Shown here one piece after another: positions 28,703 to 37,469 of a DNA stretch of 64,000 nucleotides. The stretch is from the NCBI GenBank assembly GCA_041613315.1, contig JBFJHJ010000014.1:1-64000 (forward strand), given 5' to 3'. Every line of letters begins with the position of its first letter. Position 1 is the stretch's first letter. Origin of the DNA: Gemmatimonadales bacterium. Its GTDB lineage: Bacteria > Gemmatimonadota > Gemmatimonadetes > Gemmatimonadales > GWC2-71-9. The notes beneath the pieces were generated by a model. The model was not told the origin of the DNA. It ran no database searches and was given only the letters and a program-made list of their open reading frames with translations. A program made the translations under genes and the position numbers.

Positions 28703-29389
28703 CTACTGCGCGATCACCGGTTCCACGGTGTTGCGGACCTTGAGCTTGAGCCGCGAGCCCAGGAGTCCGCCGGCGATTGAGACTTCGTTGTACCGCCAGA
28801 TGCGAATGCGCTGGTCGGTGCGCGCCGGGTTCTGATTGGCCGGCACCGTGTACGTACCGGCATCGGGGATCCCCTGCGCCGAGAAGTCGCGCGTCTCGAC
28901 GTCGGCCCCCGCGGCCTCGGACGGCCGGTTCCACGTGATGGTGAGCGGCTGGTTGGCCGGCACCGTCGCGTTCTTGACGGGGCTCTGGATCGTGTGGGCG
29001 GCGAGCCCACCGATCACCACGTCCTTCACGTTGTCGGACCCGCGCACCACCTCGAGCCGGAAATCGCCCGAGGGGAACTGGTTCACGGTGGCGATGTAGT
29101 CGCCGGATCCTGCGGCGTCCTCGAGCAGATTGACCGTCCCCAGCGTGCCGTTCCGAATCGTGACCGTGGCGCCGGAGATGGCGGTCCCCTGCACGTCCCG
29201 CAGCGTCACCTCGAAGTCCGTCACGAAACCACCGGGCACGTCCTGCGCGTCGATGTCGGCGGTCACGCGCATCGTGCGCGTGCCCGTGCCCGGGTTGTTG
29301 CGTTCGACCGCGGGTCCCGTTCCGTCGCCGCACGCGGCGGCCAGCAAGAGCGCCAGGGCGGCGACTGAGATGTTCCTCGTCGTGTTCAT
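28703..29389 (-). CDS. Hypothetical lipoprotein (beta-rich, Ig-like)
   Basis: Lipobox AAAC; RBS GAGGAG; sigma54 promoter upstream. Confidence 0.75.
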   Translation of the reverse strand: MNTTRNISVAALALLLAAACGDGTGPAVERNNPGTGTRTMRVTADIDAQDVPGGFVTDFEVTLRDVQGTAISGATVTIRNGTLGTVNLLEDAAGSGDYIATVNQFPSGDFRLEVVRGSDNVKDVVIGGLAAHTIQSPVKNATVPANQPLTITWNRPSEAAGADVETRDFSAQGIPDAGTYTVPANQNPARTDQRIRIWRYNEVSIAGGLLGSRLKLKVRNTVEPVIAQ

Positions 29390-29478
29390 CGCTCCACTCC
29401 TCCTCGATGTCGTGACGTCAGATGCGACCGGACTGGGCGGATGGCACCCGGCCCGGACGGCGCTTCGCCACGTTAATC

Positions 29479-29494
29479 ATCAACAAGCGTGCCA
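29479..29494 (-). promoter_or_regulatory. Sigma54 promoter, near-consensus (TGGCACGCTTGTTGAT)
   Basis: TGGCAC-N5-TTGA; AT-rich IHF-like site and UAS-like motif upstream. Confidence 0.65.
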
Positions 29495-29579
29495 CTCGAG
29501 GAGTATCGCGTAACTGCTTGCTATTATTGATTTTCGAACTTTGCTCGTCGGTGCAGTCGATATGCCGGATCGAGCACAC

Positions 29580-29596
29580 TGTATCGTTTTGATGCG
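29580..29596. promoter_or_regulatory. Candidate activator UAS TGTATC-N5-GATGCG
   Basis: 86 bp from the -24 element; resembles the motif at 30693. Confidence 0.45.
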
Positions 29597-29741
29597 GCAA
29601 AGATCTTCACCTGGGTCGAAGGGGAGTGCCTCGGACGCGGGGGCCGGTGTGACATCGGGCGCCCCCGTTCGATCCGGGAGCGCCCGACTGGAACCCGCGA
29701 GGGGCCGGCGATCTCGTCCGACCCCATGCGCGTGCAGCGCT

Positions 29742-30536
29742 CTAGCTGTCTCGACGACCGTCGTGGTCGTCGTCCTCAAACGCCTCGATCGACGTCTTGA
29801 TGTTGTCCCGCACCAGATTCTCGAACTGCCCGCCCTTGTTCGCGAGGCCGGGGTCCACCAGGCTCGTACCGTTCACGAACCAGGCGCCCACGTCCACCTG
29901 CACCGTTACCGAGACGTCCATCGGCAGGTTGTCGGCATTCGTCAGGTCCAGCAGCACGTTGTGCTCCTGCTTGACGTTCAGGTCCGACAGGAACGAGGAC
30001 TCGGCGCCGCCGTTCCACGAGTATCTGACCCGGATGCTCTGATCCAACGGCCAGCTCGGGAAGCGCGCGCGGAAGTCCGCGAATCCGGGATCGTCGTTAC
30101 TGATCTTGTGGATCTCGAACTCGACCTCGTCGTAGATGTCGGGGTCCACGTTCTGGATCGTGTACGCGACGTCCACCTGGCCCAGCGGCAGCGTGAGCAC
30201 GTCCGCCGGGGTCTGGAACTTCTCGCACAGGTCGTGGCTCGGCGCGAGGTCGTCGCAGGAGTTGTCGTTCAACCGCTCGAGCTCCACCTCCCGCAACACG
30301 ATTTCGACGCGGCGGATCTCGAGCGTGTTGGTCCCGTCGCCGCAGACCAAGAAGGACGTGGTCTGGTCGAGCGCGCACGTGATCGCGCCGCCGGCGTAGC
30401 CGCTGAACGCGGGGGCCGCGGCCGGTCCCACGCCGGACGTGAACGCGAGGGTGACCCGTCCGCCGGCGGGACCGCTGTCGCTACAGGCGCCGAGCGTCGC
30501 CGCCGCGGCGAGCAAGGGGAGCACTTTGGTGCGCAT
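29742..30536 (-). CDS. DUF4382-like lipoprotein
   Basis: RBS GGAGG; lipobox LGAC; ends ENLVRDNIKTSIEAFEDDDHDGRRDS. Confidence 0.78.
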   Translation of the reverse strand: MRTKVLPLLAAAATLGACSDSGPAGGRVTLAFTSGVGPAAAPAFSGYAGGAITCALDQTTSFLVCGDGTNTLEIRRVEIVLREVELERLNDNSCDDLAPSHDLCEKFQTPADVLTLPLGQVDVAYTIQNVDPDIYDEVEFEIHKISNDDPGFADFRARFPSWPLDQSIRVRYSWNGGAESSFLSDLNVKQEHNVLLDLTNADNLPMDVSVTVQVDVGAWFVNGTSLVDPGLANKGGQFENLVRDNIKTSIEAFEDDDHDGRRDS

Positions 30537-30590
30537 CGTCTGCCTCCAGTAATGAGTGTCGTCGGTGTGCCTTCGCTGCCCCGGGAGATA

Positions 30591-30606
30591 CGCAAGGGCG
30601 GTGCCA
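30591..30606 (-). promoter_or_regulatory. Sigma54 promoter (TGGCACCGCCCTTGCG)
   Basis: Canonical TGGCAC-N5-TTGC, 55 bp upstream of the ATG. Confidence 0.8.
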
Positions 30607-30692
30607 GCAACCGGCGCGATTTCAGCGTGCGCGTAACGCCGTTCGTGAGCGTCACTTGCGTCTTGAGGGTGCCGCGTCACGCGGTCTCGCTG

Positions 30693-30709
30693 TGTGTCGA
30701 AACGATCCA
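30693..30709. promoter_or_regulatory. Candidate activator UAS TGTGTC-N5-GATCCA
   Basis: 87 bp from the -24 element. Confidence 0.45.
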
Positions 30710-30866
30710 GCTAGATCGCGGCGGTACGGGTCAGGTGGAGCGCGGTGGTGCGCGCAGAAGCTCGTGGTGTTCGGATTGCCGGGATGTCCTGTCGGCTGCC
30801 ACACGCAAACGGGGCGCCCTCGATGGATGGCGCCCCTGGTGCGGTGAGACGGATGGGCGAGTGGTG

Positions 30867-31679
30867 TTAGTGCTCGATCTCGATCTCGAAGCCGTCTTCG
30901 ATCTCCACCTCCAGCTCAATCAGGCTGTTCTGGAGCGCGGCGAGATTGAGCACGTTGGTGCCGACCTTGAACCAGAGGTCCGGCCGGATATTCACCATGA
31001 TGCTCACCGCGTTGCCGTCGGTCACCTCGAACGGGGTCGGCGGCTCGAGCTCCACCTCGATCTCCGCGCGGATGAAGGTCGTAAAGGCCACCGGTTGGCC
31101 GAGGGTGCCGTTCGCGTCCTTGGGCGTGAAGGTGCCCACCACGGCCATGCTCGCCTTGCTGGGCCAGCTCGGGAAGCCCTCCTGCGTCCGGATCCTGTCC
31201 AGCAGCGCCAGGATAATGTCGGCTTCCGCCAGGTCATCGGCGTCGTCGTCGTCGATCTCGAGCTCGTCGATCTCGAACTCCAACTCCTTGTAGAAGCCCG
31301 CCGGCACCGCCTGGTTGACGACCGTCACTTCCGAGCCGTCGAGCGGGATGTCGATGAAGAGGAACTTCACCTCGAAGTCCTCGCACTCCGGCGGCTCGGG
31401 GGACACGTCGTCACAGTCGGCGACTTCCACGGGCTCGAGCTCGAACTCCTCGACGATGACGGCGATCCGTGAGATGTCGAGGGCGCCATTGTCGCCGTCG
31501 ATCACGAGGCCCTGCTGCGCCTGTCCGGCCACGGCGAACAGCGCTCCGCCGGTCCGCGACGCGGTGATTCCCGGCGCGGTGCCGAACCGGATGGCCACGG
31601 TGCCACCGGGGCCCGTGCCGGAGTCGCACGCGGACAGGAGCGCGGCGGCGGCGAGTAGGGATACGGCTGTGCTGCGCAT
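30867..31679 (-). CDS. Acidic DUF4382-like lipoprotein
   Basis: Lipobox LSAC; same ELE..C-x7-C..F and Y.ELEFEI core as its paralogues; alternative ATG at 31688. Confidence 0.75.
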   Translation of the reverse strand: MRSTAVSLLAAAALLSACDSGTGPGGTVAIRFGTAPGITASRTGGALFAVAGQAQQGLVIDGDNGALDISRIAVIVEEFELEPVEVADCDDVSPEPPECEDFEVKFLFIDIPLDGSEVTVVNQAVPAGFYKELEFEIDELEIDDDDADDLAEADIILALLDRIRTQEGFPSWPSKASMAVVGTFTPKDANGTLGQPVAFTTFIRAEIEVELEPPTPFEVTDGNAVSIMVNIRPDLWFKVGTNVLNLAALQNSLIELEVEIEDGFEIEIEH

Positions 31680-31741
31680 CGAATCCATCCTCCGTCATAC
31701 GTAGATGCGGTGTCGTGAGAGGGCCTGCGTGTCCTACTCCT

Positions 31742-31757
31742 TGCAAGGACGATACCG
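31742..31757 (-). promoter_or_regulatory. Sigma54 promoter (CGGTATCGTCCTTGCA)
   Basis: GG-N10-GC with TTGCA. Confidence 0.65.
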
Positions 31758-31997
31758 GCGCCGCTCGGCGGCCCGGTGCGCCCCTTAAGTGACGCGCTCA
31801 GGCGGGACTGGGTAACGGACGTGCGTCGAGGCGGGGACGCGATTGCTTGTGTCGGATCGTGGAGGGTGATACGGGGCGAGACGGCCTTGTTGGGGGCCGG
31901 CGAGCGCGCCGGCCCCCCAATGCGGGGCTGGTATTACGAACGGTCAGGCAACTGCAGTGTCAGGCGCACGCGCCGTGGCGCGTGCGGGTACGGCGCC

Positions 31998-32534
31998 TCA
32001 GCGTACGTGCTTGCTCACCAACTTGGTCATTTCGAACATGCTCACCTTGGACTTGCCGTTGAACACCGGACGCAGCTTCGCGTCGGCGTTGATCATCCGG
32101 CGGTTCTTGGAATCCTGCAGCCGGTGGCGCTTGATGTACGTCCACAGTTTCTTGGTGAGCTGTGTCCGCGGCAGCGGCCTGCTGCCGACGACCTGCGACA
32201 GCGCGGCGTCCGGTTGCACCGGTTTCATGAACGCCGGGTTCGGTTTGCGCTTGGCTCTCCGCTTTTTCTTCTTCGCGGCGCGGCGCCGCTTCGGTCTCCG
32301 CCGAGCGGCCTTCCGCTTCGTAGCTTTGCGCCGTGGGCGCCGCTTCGTGGTCTTCCGGCGCTTCGCCTTCTTGCGCCGTTTCTTGGCGGCCGTCTTCCGA
32401 CGCCCACGCTTCGCGGTTTTGCGCTTCGCCGCTCGGCGCTTCGGCCGCTTCGCTGCCTTTCGGCGGCGCTTCGCGGCTCCGCGTTTCGCCTTCCGACGCA
32501 CCGTTCTCTTCTTCGCCCTGCGTCTTTTCGCCAT
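31998..32534 (-). CDS. SWIB/MDM2-domain protein with a long Lys/Arg/Ala-rich histone-like N-terminus
   Basis: NPAFMKP...PRTQLTKKLWTYIKRHRLQD...INADAKL...VSMFEM. Confidence 0.9.
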   Translation of the reverse strand: MAKRRRAKKRTVRRKAKRGAAKRRRKAAKRPKRRAAKRKTAKRGRRKTAAKKRRKKAKRRKTTKRRPRRKATKRKAARRRPKRRRAAKKKKRRAKRKPNPAFMKPVQPDAALSQVVGSRPLPRTQLTKKLWTYIKRHRLQDSKNRRMINADAKLRPVFNGKSKVSMFEMTKLVSKHVR

Positions 32535-32700
32535 TGGGGTCCCTCGGACAAGGTGGTGATTGAGTGACAATCAGCCCTGCACGCAGCCCCTGCACGCCCC
32601 CAAAGTAAGGGTTTCTTGCGTTAGGACAAGCTTTTTTCCCTCTGGAAACCCCCCAGGCGCACGGGCGTGGAACGTGGAGCGGGACGCCGGAGAGGCCGAT

Positions 32701-33258
32701 TTAGCCCGTTGGCGCGCTCTGGGAACGCTGCTCCGCGCGCGTTTTGACGAGAATTATCACCGTGGGGTTCCCGGCCGTCGCGTCCCGCGCGTCGACCGTC
32801 GACGCCTGTGTATAACCGTGCCGCTGGAGAAAACGGATGCCCCGACGGTGGTGCGCGACGAGGGCGGTGCGGAAGCGGGCGGCCCCGTGCGCGGCGCTCC
32901 ATGCCTCGTACGCCTCGAGCACGCCACCGCCCAAGCCACGCCCGCGGTGCGGGGGATCGAGCACCAGGCCGCCCATCGTCCACGTGCCCGGCTCAGGCCA
33001 GTCCGTCACCGCGTCGAGCACACCGACGAGCGCGCGCTCGGAGGTGAACACGCCGATTACGCGCTTGTCGGTGACCTGTTTGGTCGGGGGGCCGGCGACG
33101 AAGGCGCGCGCCGCCTCGTCCCGAGCGGGCGGCGCCCCGGTGGCGAGCTCGAAATAGTCGCGCGCGCGCTCGAACAGTGCCTGCAGGTCGCGGAGGTCAG
33201 GCGGCTCGAGCAGACGGGTGTGGTACGCCCCTGCGGGGCCGAGGGAGGGCACGCGCAT
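32701..33258 (-). CDS. GNAT-family acetyltransferase
   Basis: HRGRGLG acetyl-CoA motif; RFLQRHGY. Confidence 0.85.
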   Translation of the reverse strand: MRVPSLGPAGAYHTRLLEPPDLRDLQALFERARDYFELATGAPPARDEAARAFVAGPPTKQVTDKRVIGVFTSERALVGVLDAVTDWPEPGTWTMGGLVLDPPHRGRGLGGGVLEAYEAWSAAHGAARFRTALVAHHRRGIRFLQRHGYTQASTVDARDATAGNPTVIILVKTRAEQRSQSAPTG

Positions 33259-33353
33259 GTCACAGAAGGTAGTCGGGCGTCGCGCCGCCCGGCGGCGGCA
33301 CGGACGCCCAGCGGTGAAACAAGGAGCGAGCGGCCGGCCTTCTCCGGGCCCCG

Positions 33354-34397
33354 CTAGCGCTTTCGCCTCTCGGCAGGGGGCGCGCTGCGAGGTGTCGCTG
33401 GCGTCGGCGATCGGGCGCTGCCGGCGGCGTCGCCACCCGTCACCCGCGTGTCGCCCGCGCCGTGCCGGTCATTCCGTCCGGCAGGCCGGGAACCGTCCGC
33501 GTCGCCCCACGCCCTCCGGCCCCACGCGTGCTGCCCGAAGCCACTGGTGGAGCGTGGCCAGCCCCCGGTACGCCACCGGGAGTCGGCACGCTCGCGCCAC
33601 CGGAGCGGTGTCTGGATCGCCTCGCCGGGCTCGCCCGATCGGTCGCGGGCCATCAACCATGATCCGTCGGCCACGACGGGCGTACGCAGGCGGTCGCGGA
33701 TGCGTGCCGGGGGATCGTCGTCGCCATCGTCGCCGTAGCGCCGGTCGGCGAGCGAGTCACGCGCCGGCGTCACCGCGGTGTCCCGCGGCGTCGACGGCCT
33801 CCGCACCGACGCGACGCCGGCCGGGACGGCGGCCAACAGAATCCGCGGCGGGCGCGGCAGTGGAGAGACGACGAAGTACTCGAGCACGGACATGGCGACG
33901 CCTGGCCCGGAGATGTGGCGTTCGATCGCGTCGAGGACGGACGACTGGCGGAACGTGCCGGTGAGCACCGTATACTCGTTGCCTCCCCATCGTGCGACGG
34001 GGCCGATCCGCCGCAGGGTCCCGCGCAGGCGTAGCGGCTCGCGCGAAGCGATCGCGACCAAGTAGCCGAACCCGAACCCACCGGGCGCGTACCAGTACGG
34101 GCCGCGGAAGCCGCGGACCAACACGGGTCGGATGCCGTCGGCTCCCATCCAGTGGCTCCGGTCGATGTTGAACGGATGCACGACACGGAGCCCGCCGCCG
34201 GGCGTCACGTCCAGGATTGTGAGGTATGCATCCTCGGAGACCTCGACCCAGAGCGGCTCCCTTTGGCCGGGGGCCAGCGCCCCATACACCTCGACATTGG
34301 CAAAGGCGCCGAAGTAGAGCTGGACGGTGAGGTCGGGCGGTCGGCTAGCGGGTGTCCCCTGCAGGGCCACGAGGGAGGCGAGGGCGAGCAACGTCAT
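33354..34397 (-). CDS. Secreted DUF4384-like protein with a low-complexity C-terminus
   Basis: Signal peptide; SEDAYLTILDV..G.LRVVHP and GYLVAIAS; RBS GGAGG. Confidence 0.6.
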   Translation of the reverse strand: MTLLALASLVALQGTPASRPPDLTVQLYFGAFANVEVYGALAPGQREPLWVEVSEDAYLTILDVTPGGGLRVVHPFNIDRSHWMGADGIRPVLVRGFRGPYWYAPGGFGFGYLVAIASREPLRLRGTLRRIGPVARWGGNEYTVLTGTFRQSSVLDAIERHISGPGVAMSVLEYFVVSPLPRPPRILLAAVPAGVASVRRPSTPRDTAVTPARDSLADRRYGDDGDDDPPARIRDRLRTPVVADGSWLMARDRSGEPGEAIQTPLRWRERADSRWRTGGWPRSTSGFGQHAWGRRAWGDADGSRPAGRNDRHGAGDTRVTGGDAAGSARSPTPATPRSAPPAERRKR

Positions 34398-34460
34398 CGT
34401 CGGACCTCCACGGAGGGAGTCGGGCGGTCGCGCATCTACGGGTTACGGCCGAGAAAATGC

Positions 34461-34476
34461 AGCAAGGACTGTACCG
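34461..34476 (-). promoter_or_regulatory. Sigma54 promoter (CGGTACAGTCCTTGCT)
   Basis: GG-N10-GC with TTGCT, 64 bp upstream of the ATG. Confidence 0.65.
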
Positions 34477-34911
34477 TCCAGCGAAGGCGGCGGTGCCTTG
34501 GCCGCGCGTACGGTGTGCGTCCGACCGCGGATCGCATGCGTCCCTCTCGGTGGACAGCGTGTGGCCCCTGGGGGACAGCGGCGCTGCCCCGTGCACTGCG
34601 ACAGCGATCGCCGGACGTGCAGCATCCCGGGGAGCGGTCGGGTCGTCGCGGCGCATAACGTCGAGGTGTCGGCCGATCACGTGACCTGCGCGTGATCATT
34701 TCCACCCATGTGGAGCTATGGGACGGCACGGCGCGCACGTTCGTCCAACCGCGGGAACTGACGCTGACCCAGGAGGACGGGCGCGGGACGGTAACGCATG
34801 ATCAACTGATCTTCCGAAGCTGAGCGGCACGCCGCCCGCGTGCCGACGCCTCTCACTCTCGCGCGATGACGAGGCGTATTAGATTACGTCGCACGCGGTT
34901 CGTGGATCTCC

Positions 34912-34984
<73 letters not shown>

Positions 34985-35163
34985 CTCTCCCTTCCTCGTT
35001 CTGATTCGCCGCGCGGAGCTGATGAGCGCGGGGGCCGCTCCCCGGCCGTCTCTTCTCCTGAAATCACGCGGCCCCTCGCGCGGGGGGATCTTGCGTCCCG
35101 ACCGGCGGTGACCCCAGTGTAGGACTCTCTTTCGTCGGCGCCCCTGGGCGCGGAGGTCCCAGC

Positions 35164-37311
35164 GTGCGCCTCAGGAAATCCCAGCGGCTCAAGAAAGAGC
35201 TCGGGCTCTTCGACGTCTTCGCGATCAGCACCGGCGCGATGTTCAGCTCAGGTTTCTTTCTCCTCCCCGGACTCGCGGCGGCCAAGGCGGGGCCCGCCGT
35301 CGTGCTCGCCTACCTCCTGGCCGGGATCCTGATTATCCCGGCGATGCTGAGCGCGGCCGAGCTGTCGACCGCGATGCCGCGAGCCGGAGGCGCGTACTAC
35401 TTCGTTGATCGCAGCTTGGGACCGCAGATGGGCGCGCTGGCGGGCTTCGGGACCTGGCTGGCGCTGGTGTTCAAGAGCGCCTTCGCGCTGATCGGCATGG
35501 GGGCCTACCTGGCGCTGTTCGTCCATCTGCCGATCGAGCCGCTCGCCGTGGGACTGACGCTGATGTTCGTCGCGCTCAATGTGGTTGGCGCGAAGGAGAC
35601 CACGGGATTCCAGAAGGTGCTGGTGTTCGTCCTGATCGCGGTGCTGGCCTTCTTCCTCATCCAGGGTCTGGCGGCGGTTGCCTCGATGGGGCCGTCCCGG
35701 GTGGCGCGCGAACAGTTCACGCCGTTCGCCCCCTTCGGCCTCACCGGCCTGGTTGCGACCGTGGGCTTCGTGTTCGTGTCCTACGCCGGTCTAACGAAGG
35801 TGGCGAGCGTGTCCGAGGAGGTCAGCAAGCCGGACCGGAACATCCCGCTCGGCATGTTGCTCTCGCTCGCCGTCACCACGGTCATCTACGTCCTCGGCGT
35901 GATGATCATCGTGGCCGTGCTCGAGCCCGAGGCGTTGCATGGCGACCTCACCCCCGTGGCGACCGCGGCCCAGGCGTTCTTCGGTTGGCTCCCGGGCGCC
36001 ACCGGTATCGTGCTCATCGTGATCGCCGCGATCGCCGCGTTCGCCTCTACGGCCAACGCCGGCGTGATGGCGGCGTCGCGCTATTTGCTGGCAATGGCGC
36101 GCGACCGGTTGCTGTGGGGCGCGTTCGCCCGCTTGGGGCGGTTCCACACGCCGACCCTGGCGGTGCTGGCCACCGGCGCGGCGATGGCGCTCATCGTCAT
36201 CGTGATCGATCCCGAGGGCGTGGCGAAGCTGGCCAGCGCGTTCCAACTGCTGATGTTCGCGCTGCTCAACATCGCCGTCGTCGTGATGCGGGAGAGTCAC
36301 ATCGAATCGTATGATCCGGGCTACCGCTCGTTCGGCTACCCCTGGGTGCACCTCGCCGGCATTTTGGTCTACCTCGGCCTCATTGTGATGCTGGGGTGGT
36401 GGCCCATCGTGTTCACCGCCGGGGTCGTGGTGGTGGGGCTGGCGTGGTACGTGTTCTATGCGCGCTCGTCGGTGGTTCGCTCGGGCGCAATCTACCACGT
36501 GTTCGAGCGACTCGGCCGACAGCGGTTCGTCGGCCTCGATCACGAGCTGCGCGAGATCATCCGGGAGAAGGGATTGCGGGACGAAGATCCCTTCGACGAG
36601 GTCGTGGCCAGGGCCTACGTGCTCGACGTACCCGATCGCGAGCGCCTGACCACGCTGATCCGGCAGGCGTCGGCGCGACTCCACTCACGGCTCCCCGTGA
36701 CCGGGGAACAGCTCGTGAAACAATTCATCGCGGGACTGGAAGGTGGCCTCACACCGGTGGCGCACGGCGCCGCCCTGCTCCATACCCGTGTGCCGGGCGT
36801 GCCGACGTCCGAATTGGTCCTGGGACGCGCGCCCCGTGGCGTGGAGTGGGACGCGACCGCGGTGGCCACCGACGGCATGCCGGTGCAGGCCGTGTTCTTC
36901 CTGGTGAGCGGCCAGGACAATCCCGGCTGGCACCTCCGCATCTTGGGCGCCCTCGCCGGGCGAATCGAGGAAGACGATTTCATTCCGAGTTGGCTCGAGG
37001 CGGAAAACGACGAGGCGTTGCGGGCGACACTGCTCCGGGGCGATCGTGTGCTCACACTCGCGATCCAGCGCGACGGCGCCACGGAGGCGCTCGCGGGGCA
37101 CGCGTTGCGCGAGATCACCCTGCCACCGGGCATCCTCGTCGCCCTGATCCGCCGCCACGGTGACAGCATCGTGCCGAGAGGGAGCACGGTGTTACGGGCG
37201 GGGGATCGGCTCACCGTCATCGGCGAGCCGGAGAGTCTCCGGCGGCTGGCGCGACAGTACGCCGATGCCATTCCCCCGGTCGAGGAGAGCGGGCCGGAGG
37301 GGGTCGCCTGA
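35164..37311 (+). CDS. APC amino-acid permease fused to PTS EIIA-like and TrkA-C (RCK-C) domains
   Basis: GAMFSSG, AELSTAMPRAGG and SEEVSKP; TPVAHGAALLH; IRR...IVPRGSTVLRAGDRLTVIG. Confidence 0.87.
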   Translation: MRLRKSQRLKKELGLFDVFAISTGAMFSSGFFLLPGLAAAKAGPAVVLAYLLAGILIIPAMLSAAELSTAMPRAGGAYYFVDRSLGPQMGALAGFGTWLALVFKSAFALIGMGAYLALFVHLPIEPLAVGLTLMFVALNVVGAKETTGFQKVLVFVLIAVLAFFLIQGLAAVASMGPSRVAREQFTPFAPFGLTGLVATVGFVFVSYAGLTKVASVSEEVSKPDRNIPLGMLLSLAVTTVIYVLGVMIIVAVLEPEALHGDLTPVATAAQAFFGWLPGATGIVLIVIAAIAAFASTANAGVMAASRYLLAMARDRLLWGAFARLGRFHTPTLAVLATGAAMALIVIVIDPEGVAKLASAFQLLMFALLNIAVVVMRESHIESYDPGYRSFGYPWVHLAGILVYLGLIVMLGWWPIVFTAGVVVVGLAWYVFYARSSVVRSGAIYHVFERLGRQRFVGLDHELREIIREKGLRDEDPFDEVVARAYVLDVPDRERLTTLIRQASARLHSRLPVTGEQLVKQFIAGLEGGLTPVAHGAALLHTRVPGVPTSELVLGRAPRGVEWDATAVATDGMPVQAVFFLVSGQDNPGWHLRILGALAGRIEEDDFIPSWLEAENDEALRATLLRGDRVLTLAIQRDGATEALAGHALREITLPPGILVALIRRHGDSIVPRGSTVLRAGDRLTVIGEPESLRRLARQYADAIPPVEESGPEGVA

Positions 37312-37469
37312 GCGCGCCGGTGCTGCCCGCCCCGGCGGGCGCACTGCGACCCCACGAGCCGTCGGCGAGTCGGTCAACCGTCGAGCATTCCGGGCTGACG
37401 CTCGGCGTGGGGCACCCGACCGTGGGGTGGGCGGGTCGCCGCTCGATCTCCGCTCCGGACGTGCGGTCC

